A stretch of DNA of 64,000 nucleotides from positions 20,074,076 through 20,138,075 of the forward strand of contig NC_068984.1 of assembly GCF_001194135.2 (NCBI RefSeq), read 5' to 3'. The first letter of the stretch is position 1, and every line of letters starts with the position of its first letter. Under the pieces are notes generated by a model, which had not been told where the DNA came from, ran no database searches, and saw nothing but the letters and a program-made list of their open reading frames with translations. A program made the position numbers and the translations under genes. Below, piece after piece: positions 37,688 to 50,650 of the stretch. This DNA comes from Octopus bimaculoides (lineage: Eukaryota).

Positions 37688-38715
37688 CATAGAGAGAGAA
37701 AGATTCAAATGAATTTGGTACTTAAGTTGAATCACCAAAAATTAGTGCAGTATTATCTGTGCAACTTCAAAACAAGGTGAATAAAATGAAAATAAGCAAC
37801 AGGATGTCCAGAGGTGATGCAGTACAACCGTTTCAAGCAGCTTCATTTAATTGAACAATGCAATCATTACATCAATTTATATGCAGGGCTATCGTCAGCT
37901 GCATAAATAAATAAATGGGATTTTTTTTTTAATCAGTTGGACACATTTGTATAATTTTACTTAAATCTTATTAGTGGATTTAATTCTAAGCATATTGCCA
38001 TGTGTGGGTTATACAACTTAACCCTTCACCAGATACAACAGACATATTACTCTGGCATCCGTGTTGGGTACATATATATGACTATGATACATGTACCCCA
38101 GTAAAGCGAAACTTATGATAATAAAGCTTTATATTACTCAGAATGTATGAAGCAAAGGTTAACTAAAAGTCTGAAAACCAGTTTGGACATTAAGGACAAA
38201 CTTTAGGAAAATGCTTTGGACAGGCAAAGGGTTAACTATTAAAAGAGTAAACTAAAATAAGCTTTTCATAAAATGTAGTCAGTATGTGGATGTTTTCACA
38301 AGCACTTCCTCTTTGCTCCACTGCATATGTGGCTAATTAGAAGCACTGTTTCGAAGATCTTCACACAATTGGATGTCAACACTCCCAAAAATAAAACCTT
38401 TTATGAAAATGCTTTTCTCTGCCAGTGTATCAGACATCTGGAATATATAGACATCTAAATATCTGTCTATGGAGTATTCAGTGCAAGTTCTATAGTATAT
38501 AATAAGATGTTTTGTGTAAACCTAGAGCATAATATCCTGTACAGTGTTATTGTAATATAATGGAAATCTAGAGAAAGTGAATAATACAGTTGTATTTTAG
38601 CCTCACCTATTTGGATGAACAGAGAGCAGATTATGTAAACAAATGCCTACGTATTTACATACATACACGTATATATGCATATATGAACATACAAACATAC
38701 ATAGTGTACATACAC

Positions 38716-38758
<43 letters not shown>

Positions 38759-38907
38759 TGCATATATTTGTTCGTGTGTATAAGCATACATGCATATATA
38801 TGCACATATATACAAATACATGCATACATATATGTGCATATATACGTATGCATGTATATATACATATATATTACATATACATGTGTATATGTATATATAC
38901 AAATGTG

Positions 38908-38969
<62 letters not shown>

Positions 38970-41900
38970 TATACTTGTGTGTGTGTGTATCTGTGGCAGA
39001 GAGATATGATGTGCATGTATTAGACATGCACTCAATAAACAAAATGGTTAAGTCCCATTCTTGTCTACATATGAGCAAAATCAATGCTTCCTCTAAGCCA
39101 TATGGATGCTCAACTGAGCAGCCACTGTATTGGTACCATTCACTTTGAAATGTTACCAATCATTCTAATTTTTAAATGTATATATACAGGCACAGGGATG
39201 GCTGTGTGGTAAGAGATTTGTTGTCCAGCCACCTGTTTCCAGGTTCAATCCTCTGCATAGCACCAGCTACTACTATAGTGCCAGCCAAAGCCTGTGAGTG
39301 GGTTTGGTAGACAGAAACTAAAGAAGCCATTGTGTATATATGTATACTCTCTGAGTGGTTGGCGTTAGGAAGGGCATCCAGTTGTAGAAACTCTGCCAAA
39401 TCAGATTGGAGCCTGGTGTTGCCATCCGGTTTCACCACTCCTCAGTCAAATCGTCCAACCCATGCTAGCATGGAAGGTGGACGTTAAACGATGATGATGA
39501 TGATATGTATGTGTGTGTTTATCGTCCACCACCACTTGACAACTGGTGTTGGTTTGTCTATGTCCCTATAACCTAGTGGTTTGGCAAGAGAGACCAATAG
39601 AATAAGTACAATACTAAGTACTGGGGTTGATTTGTTCAAGACCATGCCCCAGTATGGTTGCAGTCCAATGACTGAAATAAGTAAAAAGATTTTTTTTAAA
39701 AAAGTAATGTATGTGTGTGCTTGTGTGAGTCTATTTTGTCTTCACATGTTTTCATTGATCGTAAACAAAGGCTTGTAGATGGTCTTGTTTGCTTGCAGTC
39801 CACTGCAAAAGTATGTCTGGTCTTTTTTGCAAGTCTTGACATGGTGCAAGATCTTTGTAAACAAATGGCTCATTTGTAAGGTGTAGTTTGTTTCCAGATT
39901 TTGTGTAACCATATCCAGGCTGTTTCATTTTTGATATATTGGGAAATTATTGCTTCACTTGGAAAAATGCAGGTTGCTGATGTCATGAAGGGCATCCAAC
40001 TATAGAAAGCATTGCCCCTATGTACTCTCATCTAACCCAAGCAAGAATGGAACAGGAGATGTTAAAACAATGATACAATTATGATGTACTTGATAAGGTA
40101 CATGAAGGTTTGAATGCTTTGAATGTAAAATATTCTTGCTCAAACCAGGCATGGCATGGCTGTGTGGTTAAAGAGTTTGCTTTGCAACTACATGGTCTTA
40201 GGATCAGTCTTGCTGCAAGGCACCTTGGGAAATTGTCTTTTACTACAGCTCTGAGCTGACCAATGTTTTGTGAATGAATTTTATACTATGGAAACTCATT
40301 GCATATATGTGTATGCCTTTGTGTCTGTCGTCCCCTCAGCACTTGAGAACTGGTGTAGTTTGTTTACATCCCTGTAACTTAGTGGATCAGTAAAACGGAC
40401 ACTGATAGAATAAATATCTTACTTAGAAAATAAGTACTATAGTCAATATGATCAATTAAACCCTTCAAGGTAGTGCCCCAGAATGGCCACCATCCAACAA
40501 CTGAAACAAGTAAAGGAGTATAAAATTGAGCAAACCATCAAAACTTCAGCTCAATGGCTCAGATAAATTAGATGGAACATTGGGAGGAATCTCCATTCAT
40601 TTCTCTAGCTTACAATGGAAATAGATGAGTTTGAACTCAGAACCAGTAAGTTCATGGCAGGTTCTTTTTAACATTCTGCCACCAAAACACTGTACAGCTG
40701 TTAAGTAACTTTGGAGATGTATAAACTCGTTTAATAATGAACTTAGTCAAAACTGGGTTTACAAGTTGAGTTTTTAATTAATATAACATCCACTGCCTAT
40801 TATTTTTCTAAATTTCACTTGTGTTGCTTTGAGGTACATTACAAATATCATAAGACAGACAATATATTATTGCGTGTGAGTTTATTTGTCAAGATATGTG
40901 GTCTGGTGGTGAGGGTGTTGGGCTTACAGCTGTTAGTTGTGAGTTCAATTCTTGGACAACATGGTGCATTGTGTTATTCATCAAGGCACTTTATTTCATA
41001 TTGTTCCAGTTCACTCAGCTGAAAATGAGAACCAGTAACAAATGGGGGAGAGTTGAACCTGTCATAGACTGGCATTCTGTTCAGAAAGGGTTTTTCTACT
41101 CTCAGCCTAACTCCCTTGAAAATATGGATAAGCTCCAGACTAATGAACCTGTATGCTTGAGACAAACTTTTGATTTTATTCAACCCTTTTGGTACCAACC
41201 CACTTGAGACTGCTTTTGGTCCTATGGTGTAAACTTCTTGTGTAAAGTGGCTTCAGTTAAAATCTTCCATCAAAACTTCAGGATAATATACACTAGCTTA
41301 ACCCTTTGATATTTAAACAGGCCATATCAGACCCAAATATTCTACTTGCTTTAAGTTCAAACTGGCCACATCCAGCCTCTCACACCTACCCTATAATATC
41401 ATTCTAAAAATAATCATACCTTCAAATTCTTGAAGCTATGAGATAATGCATGATTAATTCAAAACAATGTGAATAAATATGTGTTACATTTGATAGAGAG
41501 TAATATGAATGCTAAAAGCTTAATAATGACAGTTATTTTACTAAATTCTTCATTATTTTCAAAATTAATTGAAACAAGGACAAATTCTATAGCACTGAAC
41601 ATATTGCTGATTACTTAAAAATAGCATTTTAATTTTAGGAGCTTTATACAAACCATGTAAAAGGGCTATATAAGACCTTGTATTATTACAAAACTTCTGT
41701 TAATGTAATTGATCAACTAATGTTGAATATTTGCAGCACAGTAGCAAAGTTGTAAGTAAAAAAACAAAATGATTCTACCTCCAACACTACAGTGTAAAGG
41801 TTATGCATTCAAACTTTATCTAAGGAAATGTAATCTGTATATATGTAGTATATATGTAATAATAGAGTACCTGATGTTAAACAGACTGGACTAATTGAGA

Positions 41901-44900
41901 CTTAGTATATCACTTAACAAAAGAAAACACCATTAAAAGAGGAAGTTAATTAACCTGAAAGTTTAAATGATTCATATCAAGCTGGTTCAGCACTCCACCA
42001 TCAAGGTGTTCTGATAAAGCAAGGAAAATTGTTGTTATTGTTATTGTTTAATCCCAGTCCTGGCTGAGTGGGCTTCAGATCAAAGGCATTCAATATTTGA
42101 TCATTCTATCTATATTTCATTTTTCTCAAATAGTCAGAACCACATAATTCAAATATTTCCTTCTTTTAAGACAATAGGGTATGATGGGAAGAAACAAAAT
42201 TAGGTATTATTTCTGGCAAGGCAAGCAGCTGCACAAAGGCTCATTTTGAAAGGTATATGTATTTATGTATGTCTATGCAAGGCCAGATTAAGACCCACAG
42301 AGGCCCTAGGCACTTAAAAGATTTTAGTGCCCCCATATATTTGTAATTCAAAATCATTATGATCATCGTTTAACGTCTGCTTTCCATGCTAGCATGGGTT
42401 GGACGATTTGACTGAGGACTGGTGAAACCAGATGACTACACCAGGCTCCAATCTGATTTGGCAGAGTTTCTACAGCTGGATGCCCTTCCTAATGCCAACC
42501 ATTCGAAGAGTGTAGTGGGTGCTTTTACGTGCCACCGGCATGAGGGCCAGTCAGGCGGTAAAACAATGATAAACCATAAAATTAATTTGTAGTTTTCAAA
42601 ATGAAACAAAGCTCACACTAAGATGGAAAATAATGTTTATTTTTGTATACTTCCACTTTTATTTATATTTTTAAAATTTTTACCTTCTTTTTTAAGTGCA
42701 AAGTCTCTGATCAGATCCTCACTGTGACACTATGAACACTTCAAAATAATATATTTCCAAACCATATAAACAACTTCAAATATTATGTCACAAGTTTAAA
42801 GTGATTTCTTTTGTGCTGTAAACCATTTACCATTTCTGTAGTGCCCTCTTCTCTTGATGCCCTAAGCACATACTTATTTTGCTTAATGGTTAATCCAGTA
42901 CTCTGTTTGTGTGTTGCCTTATTTCGACACAATACTTCAGATCACCCTAAGTCCTGTGAATGAAATTTAGCAGATGGAAACTGTGTAGAAGCTCAAAAGT
43001 GTTTATTACTATTCTTCAATAGTAAACTTAATCCCTCTGGAGGTACAAAGCCTAGTGATTTGATTGTTGCACTCCTAATTGTAAGGTCATGATTTCAATT
43101 CCCAGACTAGGCAGTGTGTTATTCTTGAGCAAAAATATTTCATTTCATGTTGCTCCAGTCCAGACTGCTGTAAATGAGTTCCAGCAATAGCTGGGGGGGG
43201 GGGGGGTTAAACCTGTTATGGTTGTCAAGTAGTAGGGAAGACAAACACACAGATACATGCACATATAGAAGAGGCTTCCACACACTTTCCATCTATCCAA
43301 TTCAATCACAAAGCATTTATTAGCTTAAGGCTATAGTAGACACTTGCCCAAAGCACCATGCTATGACTGCCCATTCTGTTTATTCAGGCATAGTGTACTG
43401 TAGACTACCATGTGTCCTCCTCTGTATGAGAGTAAGATTTATTTTGAGGGAGATCTGGCTGTTATTTCTAGGAAGTTGAATGACTTCATTGACTTGTTTA
43501 AAATGGGATAAAAGAAGCAGGTCCCTATTTTTCAAGAAAATGTTAGATAACTTGCCTACTATATGACCCCACAATAATCTAGTATTTTGAGAATAAAAAT
43601 CAAATATCAATACTGCAGGTATATTTTTTAGCCCTAGGAAAGTTCTGATCATGCAGACATCTAATCAATAACTGTTCCAGTTATCCCACCTTTTTCCTAA
43701 CTTTTCCAATATAATGTATCCAAGGATCACATTATCTAAGATGTCCTTTTTCTCTCTTTTAAGATGTAGGGTAGGATTTCAGGGAGATTTGGCTGTTATT
43801 TCTACCACAAGAATGACCATGTAGAAGTTTCTTCATTCACTAATATTACAGATGGTCGTAATTAGAAGCATAGCAAGCATGTATTAAAACTTCTAGTTTT
43901 TATAAAAGAGAGTATAATGAAGATATCCTGTGATAAATATATTTCTAATTGCAAGTCTTACTTTATAAATAAATATATAAATAGGTTAACAGATGCTTAA
44001 ATTAAGATAATTGCCTTTAAATAGATATTTAAATGAAGATGGTTATTTTCTCAAGAGAACTACTTATAATTCATGGAGGACTTTAAAAACTATTGTAGAC
44101 AACAAGATTGAGTAAATTAAACATTTTGTCATAGCCAAAGTTTGCATTTTGACCTAAGACTCATGTTAGCTATTTCTATCCCTTTTTATGAATGTGTATG
44201 TATGTGTGTGTGTGTGTGTGTGTGTGAGTGCATGTGTAAAGGAGAGGTGAATATATTTATTTAACTACTTGATATCCTTAGGATTACAGCTGTTTTGCAA
44301 CCTACATCATCTAACAATAATTTCAGTGAATAGTGAATTATGTTTACATGTCTGCACCAATATGCATGCTATGCATTGTACAATCATCATCATCATCATT
44401 TAACGTCCACCTTCCATGCTAGCATGGGTTGGACGATTTGACTGAGGACTGGCGAACCAGATGGCCGCACCAGGCTCCAATCTGATCTGGCAGAGTTTCT
44501 ACAACTGGATGCCCTTCCTAACGCCAACCACTCCGAGAGTGTAGTGGGTGCTTTTACGTGCCACCAGCACGAGGGCCAGTCAGGCAGTACTGGCTACAGC
44601 CACGCTCAAAATGGTGTTTTTTGCATGCTACCTGCACAGGAGCCAGTCCAGCGTTGTAAATAGAGTTGTAAATTTACAAATCAATGCAGATAAAGGCTAG
44701 TTCTTCAGATCACCAGAACATCATGGTTGCACCAATGCTTCAACTTGGTGTATACATACAAAATTTTGTATGTATGGCCCCAAGATTCTATGAATCTATA
44801 TATTGCACTACAAATTTATATATATATATATACACATACATACATACATACACATTACTGATGTCATAAGAATTTATAAGCTTTCAAAAGAAATGTGAAA

Positions 44901-47900
44901 TAATTCTTTTTTCAAACACTGGGTCTTGAAGTGCATGAAGCTATAAATTTTCTATCCAACAAGATTTTTCAACCCAATATTTATATGCTATTATTTATAG
45001 CTTTATTTGCTTTGAGATATTGTTCCAAAAAAGAATTGTGAGTAAAAGTATATATATGTACATTTGATGTAAGTGTTTGCAAGTATGGGTATATGTGTAT
45101 GTGCATGTATATATACATGTGTGTTTATAAGTGTGTATGTATATATGTACTCATTTATTTAGCATACACTGGAAGATATTTGTGGCAGGATTTTACAACC
45201 AGATTCACTTCCTGTTTTGCAAGAAAGGGATTCTTTTTTCTTAAGTCTAGAGGACGTTGAAAATCAGAGAGTGACAAATCATAATATCAACACTGAATGT
45301 CCTTGTCACCAGCTTCCCTCAAGCAGTGAGAGGCATAGAATATCATTGTTTATGGATATTTACACACACACAAAACATTTACATATGACTGATCTCCTCT
45401 AGTTTCTATGTACCAAATTCCCTTACAAAGCACTTGTTGGTTTGTAGCTACACTAGAACATACTCAAGGTGCCACATGTCAGTGGTGTGAAAAATATTTG
45501 ACAATCCATTGTCGACATTACTATGATAAAGTCATTAGTTTTGAATAGATTAGCTTGTAGTATTCATTCTTTCTGTGCTCTGAGTTCAAAAACTGCCAAG
45601 ATTAACTTTGCTTTTCATCAAGGCTAATAATTAAAGTACCAGTTTTATACTGAGGTTGATTCTTCTCTGTCTCTTTTTTTTTTTTATTCTGTTTGTTTCT
45701 ATCTCTTTCTGGAAGAATTCAGCTGTTGTCATAAATGGCAAAAGATGGCCTCTAGTAGTTCTAAAAACTACCCAAGATACGCTCTGTCATGATGGCACCA
45801 CTACATCTCCATTAGAAATTGAGAACCCTAGGCAAGACAAGTAGACAATATTATTAAGGAAAAAAAAAACTAAAAGCAAAGTGAATGTAACAATAGCTAA
45901 GATAATAACTCTCCTGTGATATCATCATCATTTTAATGTACATTTTTTCCATGTTTGCATAGGTCAGTTAGAATTTGTTGGAGCCGACACACTTTCTGTT
46001 ACCAATTGTCACCTAGTTCTAAGTAAAATAATATTGGCTGGACATACTTTCATGAAAGCCTGAAAACAAACAACACTCCTTATATGATGACATTGAGGTC
46101 ATTTTCAATTATTGTGCTCTATCAAGACACACACACACACACAAACATTGCACATACGAATGGCAGCTTTAAGTTTCCATCTACCATATACTTTTCTTGT
46201 CCTGGAGCTCAAGTAGAGGACACTTGCCCAAAGTGCCCCCTGTGGAACTGAACCCCAAACCACATGGTTGGGAAACAAACCTCTTAACCCCACAACTTTG
46301 TCTACACACACACAGAAAGAAAGAGGAAACATAGCTTATAGAAACAGTGAGGTGGGGAGAGAGAAGCATATACATCAAACTGGTTTGGACTTGCTCCTTT
46401 ATGCATAATTATTCCTGTCTATATGGTTAACTACATTAGGTATACATTTACATTCAACTTTGTAAAACTTTTACTTTGATGCTTTAATAATCAAATGAAG
46501 GAAAGATTTTGATTTTCAGACTAACATAAAGCCTAATGCACTGAAGAAACCTCTGTGCTGTCATTCAATCCACTAGAAATGGCAGTCAAATTTCCTTTAA
46601 ATCACACCCTACCATCTTAAAGAATGTATTGGGTAATTTAATTTATTGAAAAAAAGGATGTGATGTTCATGGCTGGGCAATCTGTGATTATGAGATGCTC
46701 AGTCAAGGCTAACTGGGTTTAAACAACAATGAGATCATCAGTTCAGTTTCTGATGGCAAGTTGTTTCCTTGAGCAAGTAACTTTATTTCTCATTGCTCCA
46801 GTCCACTCAGCTGGCAAAAATGAGTTGTACCTGTATTTCAAAGGGCCAGACTTGTCACACTCTGTGCCACGCTGAAACTCCCTGAGAACTACATTAAGGG
46901 TATACGTGTCTGTGGAGTGCTGAGCCACTTGTTTGTTAATTTCACGAGCAGGCTGTTCTGTTGATCAGATCAACTGGAACCCACATTGCCATAACCGATG
47001 GAGACCCAGTTTAGTTTTAGTGTTGAGTCCAATTTAAATATATTTATATTCCGATTGTGAAGGTGCATGGTTTAGTTGTTAGGTTGCTTGGCTAAGACTG
47101 CAGATTAAATTGCTTCCCAAACACATGGTTCCAGGATCAATCCCACTACATGGTACCTTGGACAAGTGTTTTCTTTAGTCTCAGGCCAACCAAAGCCTTG
47201 TGAGTGGGTTTGGAAGATGAAAATTGAATGAAGCCCATTCATGTATGTGTGTCTTTGTGTCTGTGTTTGTCCCCCACACTACTGCTTGACAACCAGAGTT
47301 GCTGTATTTACGTCTTCATAAATTAGTGGTTCAGCAAAAAAGACCAATAGAATAAGTACCAGGCTTACAAAAAAATAATATTGGAGCCCATTCAGCTGAC
47401 TAAAAATTCTCCAGGATGGTGCCCCAGCATGTCCACAGTCTAATGACTGGAACAAATAAAAAAACAAAATCAAGGTATCTGGTTGTTTTACAAACTTCCC
47501 AAATATGCTTTGTTAGTAGCTTAGCAACATAATAGACCCTTTCTAAGTCTGTAATGTGTCTTTTACTTTTACAGCATGAAGACAATAAGTTTAGTACAGC
47601 TAACCCTCCTTTGGGGGTCAAATTGACTAATGTAAAATCTAACCTTTGATTTTTACAGAGTACAGGTATATTTTCATTATTGTAACTTATTTTAGTGTAA
47701 AAATAACATTCTTGATGTCAGGAAATAGGGTACTTGCAGGCTTTGAAACTATTTAATGGTCTGTAACAGCAGTATAATATTAGTGAAATCACTGCTGCTG
47801 CTGCTACTACTACTACTATCAGCTGGAGTATACAATTTCTTCTGCAGTTGAAATAAATTTTTTAAGAGATAATTATTCTCACCTTTACAGGTTAATAACC

Positions 47901-50603
47901 AACTCTTGCTGTTTAATTGTAATACTAAATGGCTGCTAGAGAATATTGTATTTCTCTTCCAAACAGCAGGGGTAGAAAAAGACACCATCTTTTCAATTCA
48001 TTAAAGGTAACAGTTTCTACTGAACCAGCTTGTTGTTGCTTAGCCCCAGGTCAGTCTTGAACAAACACACCTATAATCAAAAGCATTCTAGCCCTGATCT
48101 TTCTGATATTTATTTTTTCCAGGTAAATTGTTAGTAAAATTACATTTTCACATGCATTCTCCCATTCTTTTTAAGACTCCCTAGAAGAGTTGAAGGCTAT
48201 TTGACTGCTATTTTTTTTTGCATGTCAAGCAACAATGTAGAGGTTTTACTGTTGGCTTGTATCTTACTGATGTTAGTCTCAAAGATGAAATCTATTGGAA
48301 TATCAAGTAAATTCATTGTTCTTTCTTCTACTACAGAAAAAGGTATCTACATTAGGTTACTTTTACTTGTATACTATAAACACCTTCAATAAAAAATTTT
48401 AAAATGTGAATTTATAGAAGCCTGTTGGATATTTAATAGCTTACAGTATTACCATCAGTGTTATCGGTTTTGCATCTGCTTTTTCTATGATGCTATGACT
48501 TGAATGAGACTTCTTGAAGCAGTGTTCTACAGCTAGATACCCCTGGTGTAAACCTTTATTTGTTTTCGAAATAAAGTGCTTTATTTCACTCATCTTCACT
48601 TCAAACTGTCAAGCAATGGGACATGCATGTCACTACTCTCTAAATGAATTCAATGCAAGAACACACACACGTACATGCAGCAGACTGACATATATTGTCT
48701 CTGTCTACCAAATTTCACTGACAAGGTATAGATCAGGGGTTCCCAACCTTATTTTGCTTGTGGACCCTCTGAGAGCTATCTTTATCATCTGTGGACCCCA
48801 TTTATGCACATGTGAATTTTTTAAATAAAATATTTGTTTGTAGGTTACTAAAAACTAACAATGAAACAGTTTTGTTATATTCATAACATAAATTCCAAAT
48901 ACAAATCGTGAAAATTTCAATAAATACAGGTACCTCTTCTAGTAAACAAAATTAATATATGGACCCACAAATTAGAATTTTTCACTCGTGGACCCTGGTT
49001 GGGAACCCCTGGTATAGATCAACCTGAGGCTATACCAGAAGACAAGGTGTCACATAGTGAGATTGAACTTCAAACCATGTGATTGTGAAGTAAAACTTCT
49101 CAACCACACAACCATGCTAATGCATACAACTGAAATAAATTCATTCTTTAAGCACTGTCAAATAAAATTCCCCTCAATTTACCATACTACTGCAAACGCA
49201 GGAATTATGCAACACTATTTTGCATGTCCAGCATCCTTGAGACCTGAGTGGTGTTTGATTATCAAATATGCTGGTGTATTGGAATACAGTCTTAAAGAAT
49301 AAAATAAAAATTGTATTTTAAAGTTAAATCATGGTTTTAATGAGGTCACCAAATATTTAACTGTATTTATTAGCAGTGTCAATATCTGCTAATTTCTTTT
49401 AGCCAGACAAATTAATTTTATGAATGCTGTATCATATTTTAAACTTTCTAAAGCAAACCTCAGCAATAACTATCATCATCATCGTTTTACATCAGCCTTC
49501 TATGCTGGCATGTGTTAGAAGGGCCATCAAAGCCCAAGTCATTTGTTTCTTACACCAAGAATTACAAGCTTCAATCACTCACACATAATAATCAAAGCAG
49601 TTGCAGTCTAGAGAGTTAGGTGGCCAGATGTTAGGGGTGTAGTCTCAGAAATTGTCTGACAGCCATGGCTGGGTTCTCCTGCTTGTGTGGCAAGGTGCAG
49701 AGTCCTGTTGTTAGACATAGGGTCTTCCAGCGGCCACCCTCTTGACTCAGGGCAGCACTACCTCCTCCAGGCACATGATGTAGGCCTCTGTGTTGAGTCT
49801 GAGGCTATGTGGGAAGATGAATGGAGGCATAACATTGCCATCACTAGTGATCACATCAAACACCATGATTTTGACTGGATGTTTGATTTTAATCACTCTC
49901 AATACATGTCCTCAGATTGACACCCAAACACTCTGAAATGGTCGTATTGAAGCTTCTGGCATGAATGCCAAGCAGTACAGCATGTCATTTCCAAATTTCT
50001 GACAGAGTGAATCATGTCATGGTGCTGTTTTTCTCACAGACAGTGCCCAATTGACCCTACTATACTGTGTAGTCAAAATCAAAAACAAACAATGCACATG
50101 TGCAAAATTTAAAATGGCGACAATTTACCCATCGCACCCTGTATGTGTGTGTGTGTGTGTGTGTATGTATATNNNNNNNNNNNNNNNNNNNNNNNNNNNN
50201 NNNNNNNNNNNNNNNNNNNNNNNNNNNNNNNNNNNNNNNNNNNNNNNNNNNNNNNNNNNNNNNNNNNNNNNNNNNNNNNNNNNNNNNNNNNNNNNNNNNN
50301 NNNNNNNNNNNNNNNNNNNNNNNNNNNNNNNNNNNNNNNNNNNNNNNNNNNNNNNNNNNNNNNNNNNNNNNNNNNNNNNNNNNNNNNNNNNATATATATG
50401 GGCATGGCTGTGTGGTTAGGAAGCTTGCTTCCCAGCTACATGGTTTCGGGTTCAGTCTCACCGTGTGGCACCTTGGGCAAGTGTCTTCTGCTATAGCCCA
50501 GGGCCGACCAAAGCTTTGTGATTGAATTTGGTAGGCGGAAGTTACTGCCGTGTGTGTATATGTCTGTGTATGTGCTTGTGCCTCTCCGAAAGAGAGAGAG
50601 GGG

Positions 50604-50650
<47 letters not shown>

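Noticed and set aside
38590-39159. Several long YI/CV/HT-rich ORFs (also 2819-3303, 4173-4436, 5029-5584, 17336-18013, 50051-50710)
   Set aside because: They are translations of microsatellites or N-gaps.
45715-45844. Strong polypyrimidine tract followed by an open frame inside the hypothetical gene
   Set aside because: It is not phase-compatible without a stop, has a weak donor, and resembles dispersed repeat sequence.
47891-48006. Longer exon with its own ATG ([26 protein letters not shown]), giving a 38-aa microprotein
   Set aside because: The internal acceptor at 47966 is phase-matched to the 41639 exon and explains the coding part better. It is kept only as a possible alternative.
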